DNA of 52,547 nt from Minisyncoccia bacterium (GCA_038212375.1 JBBQUO010000001.1:1-52547), one strand, 5' to 3'; positions 24,941-35,193 are shown, counted from the first letter of the stretch. Numbers and translations: made by a program. The notes: a model not told the origin generated them from the letters alone.

Positions 24941-25187
24941 GTACTCATTCTATACAGTGGAGAAAGAAAGGCAATTGAGATTGTTTTAGGTCACATGTCG
25001 ATTTTGTTCCGTCGAACAAAATCGTTTGCGGCCCCCGATTCAACATTCTTTCTTTTGAAAGAATGTACTTCCTTCTCACAAAAACTATGTGGGCATGCAA
25101 CGAAAGTCGGATGTTTACAGTTTACTTTATGAGTTTATGAGGGTTATAGTTTGCACATGCTTTGTTGCTGTAACGCACAGGAATAGT

Positions 25188-25300
25188 CTTCGGTCACAAA
25201 TAATTTCCTCGCCGACGCTCAAAAATTTTCGCGACCCCACCTCACTTCTGGACTCTACTGAGTCCAGTCTCGCTTTGCTCGAGCGTTCCGGCTCACGAAA
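25188..25300 (+). repeat. Orphan copy of the tRNA-like dispersed repeat (no tRNA gene adjacent)
   Basis: 25190-25205 equals 10544-10559. 25222-25238 (AAAATTTTCGCGACCCC) matches the reverse complement of 9531-9547 at 16 of 17 positions. Followed by the 8-bp hairpin ctggactc/gagtccag (25248-25267). Confidence 0.6.
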
Positions 25301-25321
25301 ACCATCCTGCTTTATACACTA

Positions 25322-27502
25322 TTATTTCATTAATTTATGGGGATTGTGGTTTGAACATGATTTACTCGAACATCTTTCTGGGATGGTTTTTGTGCCATCC
25401 ATCATGAGGCTTCCGCAGAGGTCGCATATTGCTCCGGTAGGTTTTGCTTTGATTGCGTTCTTGCATTTTGGATAGTTCGTACATGAATAGAAAATGCCGA
25501 AGCGGCCACGGCGTTCCATCATTTCTCCATCAGAGCAAACAGGACATTTCACACCAGTAAGAAGTTTTTTCTTTGCTTCTGGATCTTCTTTTACAAATTT
25601 ACATTTTGGATATCGTCCACATGCAATGAATCTGCCGTATTTTCCATCTCGTTCTACAAGATTAGCTTTACCGCATTCAGGACAGAGCTCGCCAGTATCT
25701 TTTGGTCCCATCATTTCTTCACCATCGAGACTCCTCGCTCCAGTACAGTTAGGGAATGTTTCGCACGAAAGGAAACGGCCATTTTTCCCGAGTTTAATAA
25801 TCATGTCACTTCCACACTTAGGACACTTCCACTGCGGATCAGCCTTTCCAAGGTTCGTAATTTTATTTAATTTATCTTTTGATTTTATATCTTTGAGGAA
25901 AGGTGTATAAAACTCTTTCAGGGTTTTCACATAGTCGCGTTTTCCAAGCGCTATGTCATCGAGCTTGTCTTCCATCTCTGCTGTAAATGAGTCATTGATG
26001 TACTCAAGGAAATTATCTTCGAGGAAAGAGCTTACCACGTCTCCGGTATCAGTTGGGATGAGTGATCGCTGTTCTTTCAAGACATAGCCACGATCAACAA
26101 TAGTTTTGATGATAGATGCGTACGTTGATGGTCTTCCAATGCCACGTTTCTCCAGCTCTTTGACGAGTCCTGCTTCAGAATATCGAGGGAGGGGAGTTGT
26201 CTGTTTCTCTTCAGTATTCAAGCTGAGTAGTTTGAGAGCCGCACCCTTTGCAAGTTTTGGCACTTCGATATCTTCTTGTTTTGCATGCGGGTCTGCCACA
26301 AGCCATCCATCAAAAAGTACCCTCGAACCATTTAGTGAAAAGTCAGGTATCGTATCTGAAGCAATATTTGCAGTTACTTTCGTGCGGAGCATTCTCGCAT
26401 CTTTCATTTGTGATGCGACCGTGCGCGCCCAAATGAGCGCATAGAGTTTTTTTTGCTCGTCGTTATTACCAGCACTCATTTTTGTAATATCAGACGGTCT
26501 CACCGCTTCGTGCGCTTCTTGAGCATTCTTACTCGTTTTTCCAAAGACTCTTTCTTCGAGAAGATTTGGCCCAAATTTTTTATTCACCACTTCAGCAATT
26601 TGCTTCTTTGCTTGAACACTGAGGTTCGTACTATCAGTACGCATGTAGGTAATATATCCAGCTTCATAGAGTTTCTGCGCTACACCCATCGTTCTCGATG
26701 GAGAAAATCCAAGTCTGGAGCTCGCAGCTTGCTGAAGGGTAGAAGTAATAAAGGGGGGTTTTGGTGCCCGTTTTACTTCAGTCTCTTTGATATCTTTGAT
26801 TGCCCAGTGTTCACTTTCTGCAATCTGTACAATGCGGTCAACCTCTTTTTTGTCCCGAGGTTCTTCATCGCACATAAAGGTGAGTTCGGTGTTTTCTTTT
26901 GTTTGAAGAAGTGCTGAGAGGGACCAATATGTTTCAGGAATAAAAGCGCGGATTTCTCGTTCACGTTCCATAATGATGCGAAGTGCGGGAGACTGTACGC
27001 GTCCTGCAGAAAGACCGTACCGCACTTTTTTCCAGATCAGCCCCGAAAGGTCATATCCTACAAGTCGATCAAGTACGCGACGTGCTTCCTGTGCAATCTT
27101 GAGGTTATCGTCGATCTCGCGAGGATGCTTCATAGCTTCTGTTACTGCATCTTTCGTAATTTCATGAAAGACGACACGCTTTGGTTTGCGCAGTCCCACT
27201 GCTTGTGCAATGTGCCAGGCGATCGCTTCTCCTTCACGGTCGGGGTCAGTCGCGAGGATGACATCTTCTGCTCCTGCTGCGAGTTTTTTGATCTCACTGA
27301 CTACTTTCTCCTTTCCTTTTGAAATTTCATAATGCGGCACAAAACCAGCTTCGATGTCGATAGCTTTTTTGTTCGACTTTGGAAGGTCTCTGACATGACC
27401 AATAGACGCGACTACATCGTACTCGTCGTTGAGATATTTTGAAATTGTTTTTGCCTTTGCCGGAGACTCAACAATCAATAATTTTTTTCCGTGTTTTGCC
27501 AT
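25322..27502 (-). CDS. topA: DNA topoisomerase I
   Basis: Start at MAKHGKKLLIVESPAKAKTISKYL (27502). TOPRIM and Topo IA core, with several C-terminal Cys4 zinc ribbons. Confidence 0.95.
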   Translation of the reverse strand: MAKHGKKLLIVESPAKAKTISKYLNDEYDVVASIGHVRDLPKSNKKAIDIEAGFVPHYEISKGKEKVVSEIKKLAAGAEDVILATDPDREGEAIAWHIAQAVGLRKPKRVVFHEITKDAVTEAMKHPREIDDNLKIAQEARRVLDRLVGYDLSGLIWKKVRYGLSAGRVQSPALRIIMEREREIRAFIPETYWSLSALLQTKENTELTFMCDEEPRDKKEVDRIVQIAESEHWAIKDIKETEVKRAPKPPFITSTLQQAASSRLGFSPSRTMGVAQKLYEAGYITYMRTDSTNLSVQAKKQIAEVVNKKFGPNLLEERVFGKTSKNAQEAHEAVRPSDITKMSAGNNDEQKKLYALIWARTVASQMKDARMLRTKVTANIASDTIPDFSLNGSRVLFDGWLVADPHAKQEDIEVPKLAKGAALKLLSLNTEEKQTTPLPRYSEAGLVKELEKRGIGRPSTYASIIKTIVDRGYVLKEQRSLIPTDTGDVVSSFLEDNFLEYINDSFTAEMEDKLDDIALGKRDYVKTLKEFYTPFLKDIKSKDKLNKITNLGKADPQWKCPKCGSDMIIKLGKNGRFLSCETFPNCTGARSLDGEEMMGPKDTGELCPECGKANLVERDGKYGRFIACGRYPKCKFVKEDPEAKKKLLTGVKCPVCSDGEMMERRGRFGIFYSCTNYPKCKNAIKAKPTGAICDLCGSLMMDGTKTIPERCSSKSCSNHNPHKLMK

Positions 27503-27616
27503 AGAATCGTTATCATTAGTACTATACCTCAGAATTGAATGCAAATTGTGGCTGGTATGTGTGTGCAAAAGAAAATGCACACACAGCAATTTCTTGCGGT
27601 GCGTGCAGGGTGTTTC

Positions 27617-27850
27617 TTAGACGAGGCTTGGTTCAGTCACTTTGACGAGGTAAACAATTTGTCCAGGCTCGCAGTAGTATTCTTGCGGAGCCTTGTCCGT
27701 TCTAACTTGCTCGCAATTGATAGTTTTGAGAGGTCCTGGATTTTCTGAATGGCGTCTGGGGATCTTCTCAAAACTTTCTGCATTGTTATCTTGAAAACAG
27801 AATGTTGCTCCGATTTTCAAATCTCTGAACCTAATGGGTTCCAGAATCAT
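27617..27850 (-). CDS. Hypothetical small protein
   Basis: 77-aa ORF with AGGAG 7 nt upstream of the ATG. No recognisable motifs. Confidence 0.4.
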   Translation of the reverse strand: MILEPIRFRDLKIGATFCFQDNNAESFEKIPRRHSENPGPLKTINCEQVRTDKAPQEYYCEPGQIVYLVKVTEPSLV

Positions 27851-27926
27851 ACAATACTCCTGCGTACGGGTGGGTGGTGTACTTCTATGTTTGATTCTAT
27901 TGATAATTTAATTCTTTGCAAGAGCG

Positions 27927-28787
27927 CTATGAACAAAGGCGAATTTCTCCCATGCTTTCAATAACAACTCCTTTTATCTCAAGAACTGCAAGAACACTGT
28001 TCACTAAATGAGGAGGAAGGTTGCTTTCACGAATGATTACATCGCGTTCACGAGGTGTTTCTAATATATTGATAATGATTCTCTCTTCAATACTTTCGGG
28101 TTCGTAAGCTATCTTTTCTCTTCCGTCGATGGAAAAGCCGAGTGCCATTACGAGGTCTGCTCGATTTGTGATGGGTGTTGCTCCAAGACGAATAAGCATA
28201 TGAGGTCCTTCAGATTGTGCTGAAAAAATAGATCCAGGTACCGCAAATACATCATGGTTGTATTCCGTTGCGAGTTTTGAAGTGATGAGTGTTCCAGATT
28301 TTAGCTCTGCTTCAATAACAAGAACCGCATGACTCATGCCTGCCATGATGCGATTGCGCTGTGGAAAGCTCCACTGTGTAGCCGTAAAGTCGTGTTCAAA
28401 TTCTGAAATAAGAGCACCGCCGTTATCTAGAATTTCATGAGCTAAGCTAAGGTGAGACCGAGGATACAGAACCTTCGGGTCAAGTCCAGAACCCGGTACC
28501 GCAACCGTATGAAGCCCCGCAGAAAGCGCGGCTTTGTGTGCGATAGAGTCTATGCCAAGCGCAAGGCCTGAAACGATGCTTATAGGTAAACCACGAAGGC
28601 CTTCTATTAAATGAGTACACACCTCATTGCCGTATTGGGTATGCTTACGTGATCCCACAACACAGAGAAGTTTGTAATCTTCTGGGGGGAGAGTTCCAGT
28701 TGCAAACAGTGTTTTCGGTGGATCAATAATTTCGGAAAGGAGTAACGGGAATTCTTCCTTTGTAAGCTCACGAATGTGATAGCTCAT
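27927..28787 (-). CDS. dprA: DNA processing protein DprA (Smf)
   Basis: VVGSRKHTQYG, VSGLALGIDSIAHKAAL, FPQRNRIMAGMS and VLVIEAELKSGTLITS. Confidence 0.9.
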   Translation of the reverse strand: MSYHIRELTKEEFPLLLSEIIDPPKTLFATGTLPPEDYKLLCVVGSRKHTQYGNEVCTHLIEGLRGLPISIVSGLALGIDSIAHKAALSAGLHTVAVPGSGLDPKVLYPRSHLSLAHEILDNGGALISEFEHDFTATQWSFPQRNRIMAGMSHAVLVIEAELKSGTLITSKLATEYNHDVFAVPGSIFSAQSEGPHMLIRLGATPITNRADLVMALGFSIDGREKIAYEPESIEERIIINILETPRERDVIIRESNLPPHLVNSVLAVLEIKGVVIESMGEIRLCS

Positions 28788-28823
28788 ATTTCAATATTAT
28801 TATTTTCTGATACTATTGACCCC

Positions 28824-30095
28824 ATGCTAGATATTAAGTTTATCAGAGAAAACAAAGACCTTATAGTGGAAAGTGCTCGTAAAAAGCATGTCAGATTTGA
28901 TATTGAAACTCTTTTGGCCTCAGACGATAAACGTAAAGAGCTCCTTCAGACCGTAGAAGAAAAACGTAAGATTCAGAACGACATGAATCAGACGATTGTT
29001 TCTGAGCAAGATGCTCGAATCAAACTCGGTCTGATCGACTCAATGCGCCTTGTAAAAGAAGAACTTCAGAAAGAAGAAGAAGAACTTCGTGAGGTTATGA
29101 AAGTATGGCAGATGCAGATGGTGCAGGTTCCTAATGTTCCTGATATTTCTGTGCCCGAAGGAGAGAGCGATGCGGATAATCGTGAAATAAAAACATGGGG
29201 TACACTGCCAGCATTCGATTTTACTCCAAGAGACCATGTTGAGCTTATGGAGCAGCTTGATATTGCTGACTTCGAGCGTGGCACAAAAGTTTCTGGATTC
29301 CGTGGATACTTTTTAAAAAATGATGGAGCACTTCTTTCGTTCGCTATTTGGAATTATGCAATGGAATTTTTTACAGGAAAGGGATTTTCACCGATGATTG
29401 TCCCATCACTTGTTCGCAGAGAAAATTTGCTGGGCACAGGATTCATTCCGCAAGGAGAAGAAGACTTATATAAAACACAAGACGAAGAATTTCTTGCAGG
29501 TACTGCAGAGGTAGCAGTCATGGGGTATCATGCAAACGAAATCCTCGACAGTCAGCTTTTTCCACGCAAATATCTAGGGTTCTCTCCATGTTTCAGGCGT
29601 GAAGCGGGAAGTCATAGTAGAGACGTCAAAGGTCTCATTCGCGTACATGAATTTTATAAGTGGGAGCAGGTTATTCTCTGTGAAGCAGACCATGGTGCCT
29701 CTGTTAGATATCACGAAGAGCTTCTTCGAAATACCGAAGAATTCATTGAGTCGCTTCAGATTCCTTATCACACTGTGGTTAATTGTGCAGGAGACCTCGG
29801 TCTCGGCCAGGTAAAAAAGTATGATGTAGAGCTTTGGGTCCCGCTAGAACTAAAGTATCGAGAAATTGCTTCAGCTTCATACTTTCATGATTTTCAAACG
29901 AGACGCCTCAATATACGGTACAAAGATACTGATGGTAAAATGAAGTACGCTCACTCTCTCAATTGCACCGCAATTCCTACTCCTCGTATATTAGTTTCAC
30001 TGATCGAAAATTATCAGCAAGCAGATGGCTCTATCGCTATTCCAGCAGTACTCCAGAAATATATGGGCGGCAGAACGGTAATTTCAAAAAGGTAG
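28824..30095 (+). CDS. serS: Seryl-tRNA synthetase
   Basis: Start at MLDIKFIRENKDLI (28824). N-terminal coiled coil. Class II motifs FRREAGSHSRDVKGLIRVHEF and the end ..LNCTAIPTPRILVSLIENYQ. Confidence 0.95.
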   Translation: MLDIKFIRENKDLIVESARKKHVRFDIETLLASDDKRKELLQTVEEKRKIQNDMNQTIVSEQDARIKLGLIDSMRLVKEELQKEEEELREVMKVWQMQMVQVPNVPDISVPEGESDADNREIKTWGTLPAFDFTPRDHVELMEQLDIADFERGTKVSGFRGYFLKNDGALLSFAIWNYAMEFFTGKGFSPMIVPSLVRRENLLGTGFIPQGEEDLYKTQDEEFLAGTAEVAVMGYHANEILDSQLFPRKYLGFSPCFRREAGSHSRDVKGLIRVHEFYKWEQVILCEADHGASVRYHEELLRNTEEFIESLQIPYHTVVNCAGDLGLGQVKKYDVELWVPLELKYREIASASYFHDFQTRRLNIRYKDTDGKMKYAHSLNCTAIPTPRILVSLIENYQQADGSIAIPAVLQKYMGGRTVISKR

Positions 30096-30098
30096 CTC

Positions 30099-30923
30099 AT
30101 GCCTATTAAGCCGCTCAGTTCACCACGGCTCCTGAAAAAACGGAGAAAGCGCATTATGTTTCAAGCTATCTTAATGTCGCTTTCTGCAATCTTACTTTTA
30201 GGGCTTCCGGTTTTTTTGTTTCATCTTTCGTTTTGGAAAGTACAAACGATCGAAGTGCTCGACAACAAAGTCGTGGCCGAAGATTCTATCAAAAAGGTAG
30301 CTGAGAACGATATGGATGGGTCATATTATTTTTTATTTCCTCGATCTAATATTCTACTGTTCCCAAAAGCTCAAATCATACAAGACATTGACCGAACATT
30401 TCCTCGAATTAAAAGTACCGAAATACACATGAAGTCACTCACTTCTTTCACTATTACTGTCAGTGAAAGAACGCCGAATGCGCTCTGGTGCGCTGATGTA
30501 CAAACAGGCACCAATGATTGTTACTTTCTTGATGAACATGGGCTTGTGTTCGATCACGCTCCAGAGTTTACGAACAATGTCTATAGCGCCTACTCGGGAA
30601 GTATAAATGGTGATCCAATTGGTAAAACATTTGTCAGTAGTGACGAGTTCAATCATATTCAAAGCTTGATTACGAGCTTGAAAGCGCTGGGGCTTGAGCC
30701 TGTTTCAGTGAGTACTATTCTTGATGGAGATTACTCTATACAGCTTTTACAAGGGGAACAAATACTCATTACAACTCGTGAATCAATAGAACAGACGTTG
30801 TCAAACTTAGATTCCGTTCTCTCTGATCCAAAACTTTCGTTAAAGCAAGGAAGCAGTCTCACATTTTCCTCTATAGATCTCCGATTTGGGAATAAAGTCT
30901 TCTACAAACAGAAGGGGAAGTAG
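30099..30923 (+). CDS. FtsQ/DivIB-like cell division protein (TM + POTRA)
   Basis: Basic N-terminus, one TM helix, POTRA-like KVQTIEVLDNKVVAEDSIKKV, FtsQ-like C-terminal region. Confidence 0.5.
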   Translation: MPIKPLSSPRLLKKRRKRIMFQAILMSLSAILLLGLPVFLFHLSFWKVQTIEVLDNKVVAEDSIKKVAENDMDGSYYFLFPRSNILLFPKAQIIQDIDRTFPRIKSTEIHMKSLTSFTITVSERTPNALWCADVQTGTNDCYFLDEHGLVFDHAPEFTNNVYSAYSGSINGDPIGKTFVSSDEFNHIQSLITSLKALGLEPVSVSTILDGDYSIQLLQGEQILITTRESIEQTLSNLDSVLSDPKLSLKQGSSLTFSSIDLRFGNKVFYKQKGK

Positions 30924-30936
30924 TATACTGAAACTT

Positions 30937-31326
30937 ATGGAAACCTTGTTTTTTGTGCCTCAATACGCTCGTTGGCATTATGGTCGTAGCCTGCGTGAGC
31001 TTGTAACTCACTGCATTGATGTTCTTTGGTTTATTACAATATTTTTTTCTATCGGAATTCTTGTAAATACGCTTTTTTCTAAATCCAAACTAGAAGGTGA
31101 ACGAACTTCTTCACATGAAAGCGTTCGGGCTATGACAGGTACAGTATTTGCTCAAACTATTACAACGGTATTTGAGTTTTGTATTCGAATCATTATTCTT
31201 TGTTTAGGATTCTTTTCGATAGTTTGCACAATTTTTTTCTCACTTATATTTTGCATCGTATGGATATTACTTCCGATCATTATCATTTTTTTGTCCGCGC
31301 TTTCTCTGCAGTATCTTTTTTCATAA
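30937..31326 (+). CDS. Hypothetical integral membrane protein
   Basis: ATG at 30937 (METLFFVPQYARWHYGRSL). About 3 TM helices. The stop is 1 nt before the next start. Confidence 0.5.
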   Translation: METLFFVPQYARWHYGRSLRELVTHCIDVLWFITIFFSIGILVNTLFSKSKLEGERTSSHESVRAMTGTVFAQTITTVFEFCIRIIILCLGFFSIVCTIFFSLIFCIVWILLPIIIIFLSALSLQYLFS

Positions 31327-31327
31327 T

Positions 31328-32770
31328 ATGAAATTCTCTGATTTTCTAAAAAAAATTGAAGGGTATAGAGGGGTATGCACGCTTGAAAAGCTTATGAAGC
31401 ATCGCACAAGGGTGTGGATGAAAAAAGTATTTTTCTTTCTTACGCTCCTGTTATTTGCATTTAGTACACTCTCCCCACAAGGTGTACCAGTGAAGCTTAC
31501 AGGATTCTTTTTCCTTTTACTTGTTATTACTACAGTACTTTCTGCTCTTGATGCTTTCTACTATTCATATGCTCGCACTACTCAAGATGCTGAGCCTTAT
31601 CTACTTGATTTAGCAAGTATTATCTCTGTAACAAACGAAAAAGACATAATCGGCGGATTCATTCGTTCTGATATTGGTATGCAAATACTAATTCGTGCAG
31701 GTTTACAGAAAGAAACAATCTCAAAATACCTTCATTCACGAACAAGTTTTGTCACTGCACAAACATTTTCTGGAGTTAAATCTAATGCCGTATTCTCGTC
31801 GTATTTACTCGGAATATATGGATGCGATAAAGGTTTTGAGCACTTGCTGCTTGCTCATGGCATTGATGCATCGCTCTTTATTGGTTCCGCACTTTGGGTT
31901 ATACATAGCAACACTTCTCTTCGTGAAAAAAGAAGGTGGTGGGCGCGAGAAAGACTCCATACCGTTCCATCGCTCAGCAGAGTATGGTCTTTTCGTAATT
32001 CACATTCGCTCATGCGAATGACGACCCCACTCCAGTTTTCTAGATATCAAGGTATAGAGAATCACGGAGAAGCCGTAGAGCGACTTGAAACTATTCTTAC
32101 AAGGTCCAGTCATGCTAATGCCATTTTGATAGGTGATGATGGTGTGGGAAAGATGGAGGTAATAGAAAGTTTGGCGCGTAAAGCATTCAGTCGAAATAGC
32201 ACACCAGAACTTCTCGAGAAAGAATACTTTGTGCTCGATTTTGAGAGACTTGCTGAAGCGTCAATAGACAGGCTTACCTTTGAAACACTTTTTTCGAATA
32301 TGTTAATCGAAGCTTCAAGATCTGGAAATGTATTGTTTGTTATTCCTAATTTTTCAGATCTTTTGCTCTTTGCAGAATCGTTCGGATCGGATCTATCGTC
32401 TCTTATGAATCGCTTTTTAAGCTCAACGACTATTCAATTCGTTGCAATAAGTGACACTGATGAATTTTTTGAGTACCTTCAAGAAGACACTGTGCTTATA
32501 AATCATTTTACCCGTATCAATGTTGTAGAAGAATATTCTACTCTTGCAATTCGCACACTTCATGAAACTGTACACTCCTTTGAGTTACAGAATCCTATTG
32601 TCATTAGCTACCCTTCAATCTACGCTGTGATCAAGAGTGGTAGGGCGATTTCAGAGGATGATTCATTGTTTGATAATACAGAGGAGCTTCTCCGTAGGGT
32701 AATAGGAAAAGTCTTGAACGAAGAAAGAAATATTGTATACGAAGAAGATATTGATGAATTATTTCAGTAA
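31328..32770 (+). CDS. Membrane-anchored ClpA/B-like N-domain + degenerate AAA+ D1-like protein
   Basis: Two N-terminal TM helices and Clp-N-like repeats. The Walker A-like motif is ILIGDDGVGKME, compared with GEPGVGKTA in Clp ATPases. No second AAA module. Confidence 0.45.
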   Translation: MKFSDFLKKIEGYRGVCTLEKLMKHRTRVWMKKVFFFLTLLLFAFSTLSPQGVPVKLTGFFFLLLVITTVLSALDAFYYSYARTTQDAEPYLLDLASIISVTNEKDIIGGFIRSDIGMQILIRAGLQKETISKYLHSRTSFVTAQTFSGVKSNAVFSSYLLGIYGCDKGFEHLLLAHGIDASLFIGSALWVIHSNTSLREKRRWWARERLHTVPSLSRVWSFRNSHSLMRMTTPLQFSRYQGIENHGEAVERLETILTRSSHANAILIGDDGVGKMEVIESLARKAFSRNSTPELLEKEYFVLDFERLAEASIDRLTFETLFSNMLIEASRSGNVLFVIPNFSDLLLFAESFGSDLSSLMNRFLSSTTIQFVAISDTDEFFEYLQEDTVLINHFTRINVVEEYSTLAIRTLHETVHSFELQNPIVISYPSIYAVIKSGRAISEDDSLFDNTEELLRRVIGKVLNEERNIVYEEDIDELFQ

Positions 32771-32784
32771 ATAAATACAAAGAA

Positions 32785-32817
32785 AAAGCCCTCGCAATAT
32801 ACTGTTGCGAGGGCTTT
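32785..32817. terminator. Bidirectional terminator
   Basis: aaagccctcgcaa / tatactg / ttgcgagggcttt. Confidence 0.75.
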
Positions 32818-32837
32818 GTACGAGAGGTGTTCTTGCT

Positions 32838-33188
32838 CTAGTACTCTCTTTCTGATGGATCAATATCCCCGATGTTAAATACTGGTACTACCTGTCCAGT
32901 CCCGGTAAGGGGGTTCAGCATGTGCGGGCGCCGAACTTCAGGTTTCAAGCCTTTTGAGTGAATTCGATCTTCGACTTGTGCATTTCGAATGCACATTGAA
33001 AGGAGCTGCTCTTCGTGGAGGCTACGGTTGCTCGGAAGAACGGGAGTTCCGATTACATCATCTAGAACCCTTGAATTAACTGGCGCTGTGTCGGCAAATC
33101 CCCAAGGTACAGGGTGCTCTCCAGTTGTGAGGCCAATGTCGACGAGCATTTCGTCGAGTCCTTCACACTGCTGCTTGCTGAGATGCAT
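32838..33188 (-). CDS. Hypothetical protein
   Basis: ORF taken from the internal ATG at 33188 (MHLSKQQCEG...). No recognisable motifs. Looks GC-richer than its neighbours by eye. Confidence 0.35.
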   Translation of the reverse strand: MHLSKQQCEGLDEMLVDIGLTTGEHPVPWGFADTAPVNSRVLDDVIGTPVLPSNRSLHEEQLLSMCIRNAQVEDRIHSKGLKPEVRRPHMLNPLTGTGQVVPVFNIGDIDPSEREY

Positions 33189-33338
33189 TGCTCTTTCCGG
33201 AAAGAAGAGTAAAAAATAATGAACGAATCTCACGGTATTGTGAGGTTCTAGTATGAAGAATACCCACAAAAAAATAAAGAATCAATGTCTACCCACACCG
33301 CTACACAAAACATGTATTTTGTGGTATTGTGATTTCTT

Positions 33339-34307
33339 ATGACTGAGCTTGGATTTTGGAAAAATCTAAAAAAACCTATACTTGTTCTCGCACCAATGGC
33401 AGATGTTACTGACCCAGCATTTCGACGTATCATTGCACAGTACGGCAAACCAGACGTACTGTGGACTGAGTTTGTGTCAGCTGATGGAATTTTTTTAGCT
33501 GATGAAGACGGCAAGCAAAAACTCATGCGAGATTTAGTATTTAGTGAAACAGAGCGTCCGATCATCGCGCAATTTTTTACTGCAAATCCAGAGCGTATGA
33601 AAAAAGCTGCAGAACTTGCACGAGAGCTGGGCTTTGATGGGTTCGATATTAATATGGGCTGCCCTGATAAAGGGGTAGAGAGGCAAGGTGCAGGTGCAGC
33701 ACTCATCAAAAATCCAAAGCTTGCCCGTGAGCTAATCCGTGCTGCAAAAGAAGGAGCTGGTACCATGCCTGTCTCAGTTAAAACTCGTGTTGGTTACAAC
33801 AAGAACGAGCTCGAGTCATGGATTCCTGAGCTTCTTGCAGAAGAACCTGCGCTTATAACAGTACATGCACGAACTCGTAAAGAAATGTCTAAAGTTCCAG
33901 CACACTGGGTAGACGTACAACGCGCAGTAGAGATTCGTAATGCAATGAACTCCCAAGCACTTATATTTGGAAATGGAGATGTTGTTGATTTTAAGGATGC
34001 ACGAAAAAGGGCGGAAGAAACTGGTGCAGATGGAGTAATGCTTGGACGAGCTATATTTGGAAATCCGTGGTTAGGAAAGGAATATACGCCAACTATCAAG
34101 GAAAAATTACTCGTTATGGTGGAGCATACAAAGCTTTTTGAAGAACTTCTCGGAGATATAAAAAACTTCGCTATTATGAAGAAACATTACAAAGCGTACG
34201 TAAATGGATTTGATGGATCAAAAGAGCTTCGGCTCATGCTGATGGAGGCAAAAGATTCTATTGAGGTCGAGTCTGTTGTGCTGCAATATATTTCACAGCT
34301 ATCCTAA
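33339..34307 (+). CDS. dus: tRNA-dihydrouridine synthase
   Basis: LAPMADVTDPAFRRI, DINMGCP and VSVKTRVG, consistent with a TIM-barrel Dus family protein. Confidence 0.9.
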   Translation: MTELGFWKNLKKPILVLAPMADVTDPAFRRIIAQYGKPDVLWTEFVSADGIFLADEDGKQKLMRDLVFSETERPIIAQFFTANPERMKKAAELARELGFDGFDINMGCPDKGVERQGAGAALIKNPKLARELIRAAKEGAGTMPVSVKTRVGYNKNELESWIPELLAEEPALITVHARTRKEMSKVPAHWVDVQRAVEIRNAMNSQALIFGNGDVVDFKDARKRAEETGADGVMLGRAIFGNPWLGKEYTPTIKEKLLVMVEHTKLFEELLGDIKNFAIMKKHYKAYVNGFDGSKELRLMLMEAKDSIEVESVVLQYISQLS

Positions 34308-34690
34308 ATAGCTTCCAATTCTTTCCAAGAGATAATGGAAAAAGTATCTGAGTCAGCCGCAACCTCGATATTTGTATACGAGTCTTCAAAGATAGACTGA
34401 ATACGAATGATTTTTTGGTTGTTTATTGTAGTTACACTTTGAATGGTACAGGTATCAACATCAGAAAGGTGGATTGTTCCTTCTGGAGTTATTTTTTTTG
34501 CTATGCGCAAAAGAGCAATATTAAGACAGGCTTCAGAAGTGGTTTTACTTCGTGCTTTGTATTCTGACTCAAGTACTGTAAACCGTGTAAAGAAACTGCT
34601 AAACGAAAGGATTGTTGTAACAACAAGAAGAATCGTTGAGATTATCACAACTGATAGTAGTGCAATAAAACCAGAGTGCTCATTTTTCAC
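34304..34690 (-). CDS. Minor pseudopilin-like protein (no Glu at +5)
   Basis: N-terminus MKNEHSG/FIALLSVVIISTILLVV. Last gene of the pilus operon, overlapping its neighbours by 4 nt. Confidence 0.5.
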   Translation of the reverse strand: MKNEHSGFIALLSVVIISTILLVVTTILSFSSFFTRFTVLESEYKARSKTTSEACLNIALLRIAKKITPEGTIHLSDVDTCTIQSVTTINNQKIIRIQSIFEDSYTNIEVAADSDTFSIISWKELEAI

Positions 34691-35193
34691 TGTACGTATG
34701 TAGTTAGAGATCCGTTCATACCATCAATTGTAGTGCTTGCTGAAATGCTGTAAACATTTGTAGATCCAATGCTAGATGAATACTGAAAACTTAGATTTGT
34801 GACGCTCACGTTCTGACTTGTCAGGGGAATGTATTCAGCCATCTCTCCGCCTTCACGCATTTCAATGCTACTACTTGCCTCTACGTATCTGATGTCGACT
34901 TGAATCCCGTCACTTCGTTTCAGTGAAAGTATATTAGTATATTGATTCGTTACGTTCGGTGTAATAAGTCGTGCAATGGAGGACGTGCCGCTGAGGGTCC
35001 AGTTAATTTTTTGCATTACAAAATTTATTTCGTCTTGCGCAATAATTTTGCCAGTATTTAGATTTGAGTTTTGAAGTATTGATTGTGATGCAATAAAAAG
35101 TCCAGTCATCAAAATGCTAAAAAGTGCGATATAGACAATAATTTCAATAAGAAAAAATCCAGAATCTTTCTTTTTTGGGAATGTTTTTATCAT
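34687..35193 (-). CDS. Type IV pilin-like minor pilin (prepilin N-terminal motif)
   Basis: MIKTFPKKKDSG/FFLIEIIVYIALFSILM: G at -1, F at +1, E at +5. Confidence 0.7.
   Translation of the reverse strand: MIKTFPKKKDSGFFLIEIIVYIALFSILMTGLFIASQSILQNSNLNTGKIIAQDEINFVMQKINWTLSGTSSIARLITPNVTNQYTNILSLKRSDGIQVDIRYVEASSSIEMREGGEMAEYIPLTSQNVSVTNLSFQYSSSIGSTNVYSISASTTIDGMNGSLTTYVQ

Noticed and set aside
25089-25475. ORF 25089-25475 (plus strand) in and beyond the topA-rel spacer
   Set aside because: It overlaps the topA 3' end antisense and the repeat/hairpin region, with no coding signal.
33248-33766. 172-aa minus-strand ORF
   Set aside because: It is antisense to the well-supported dus gene, and its translation is S/A/R-rich shadow sequence.
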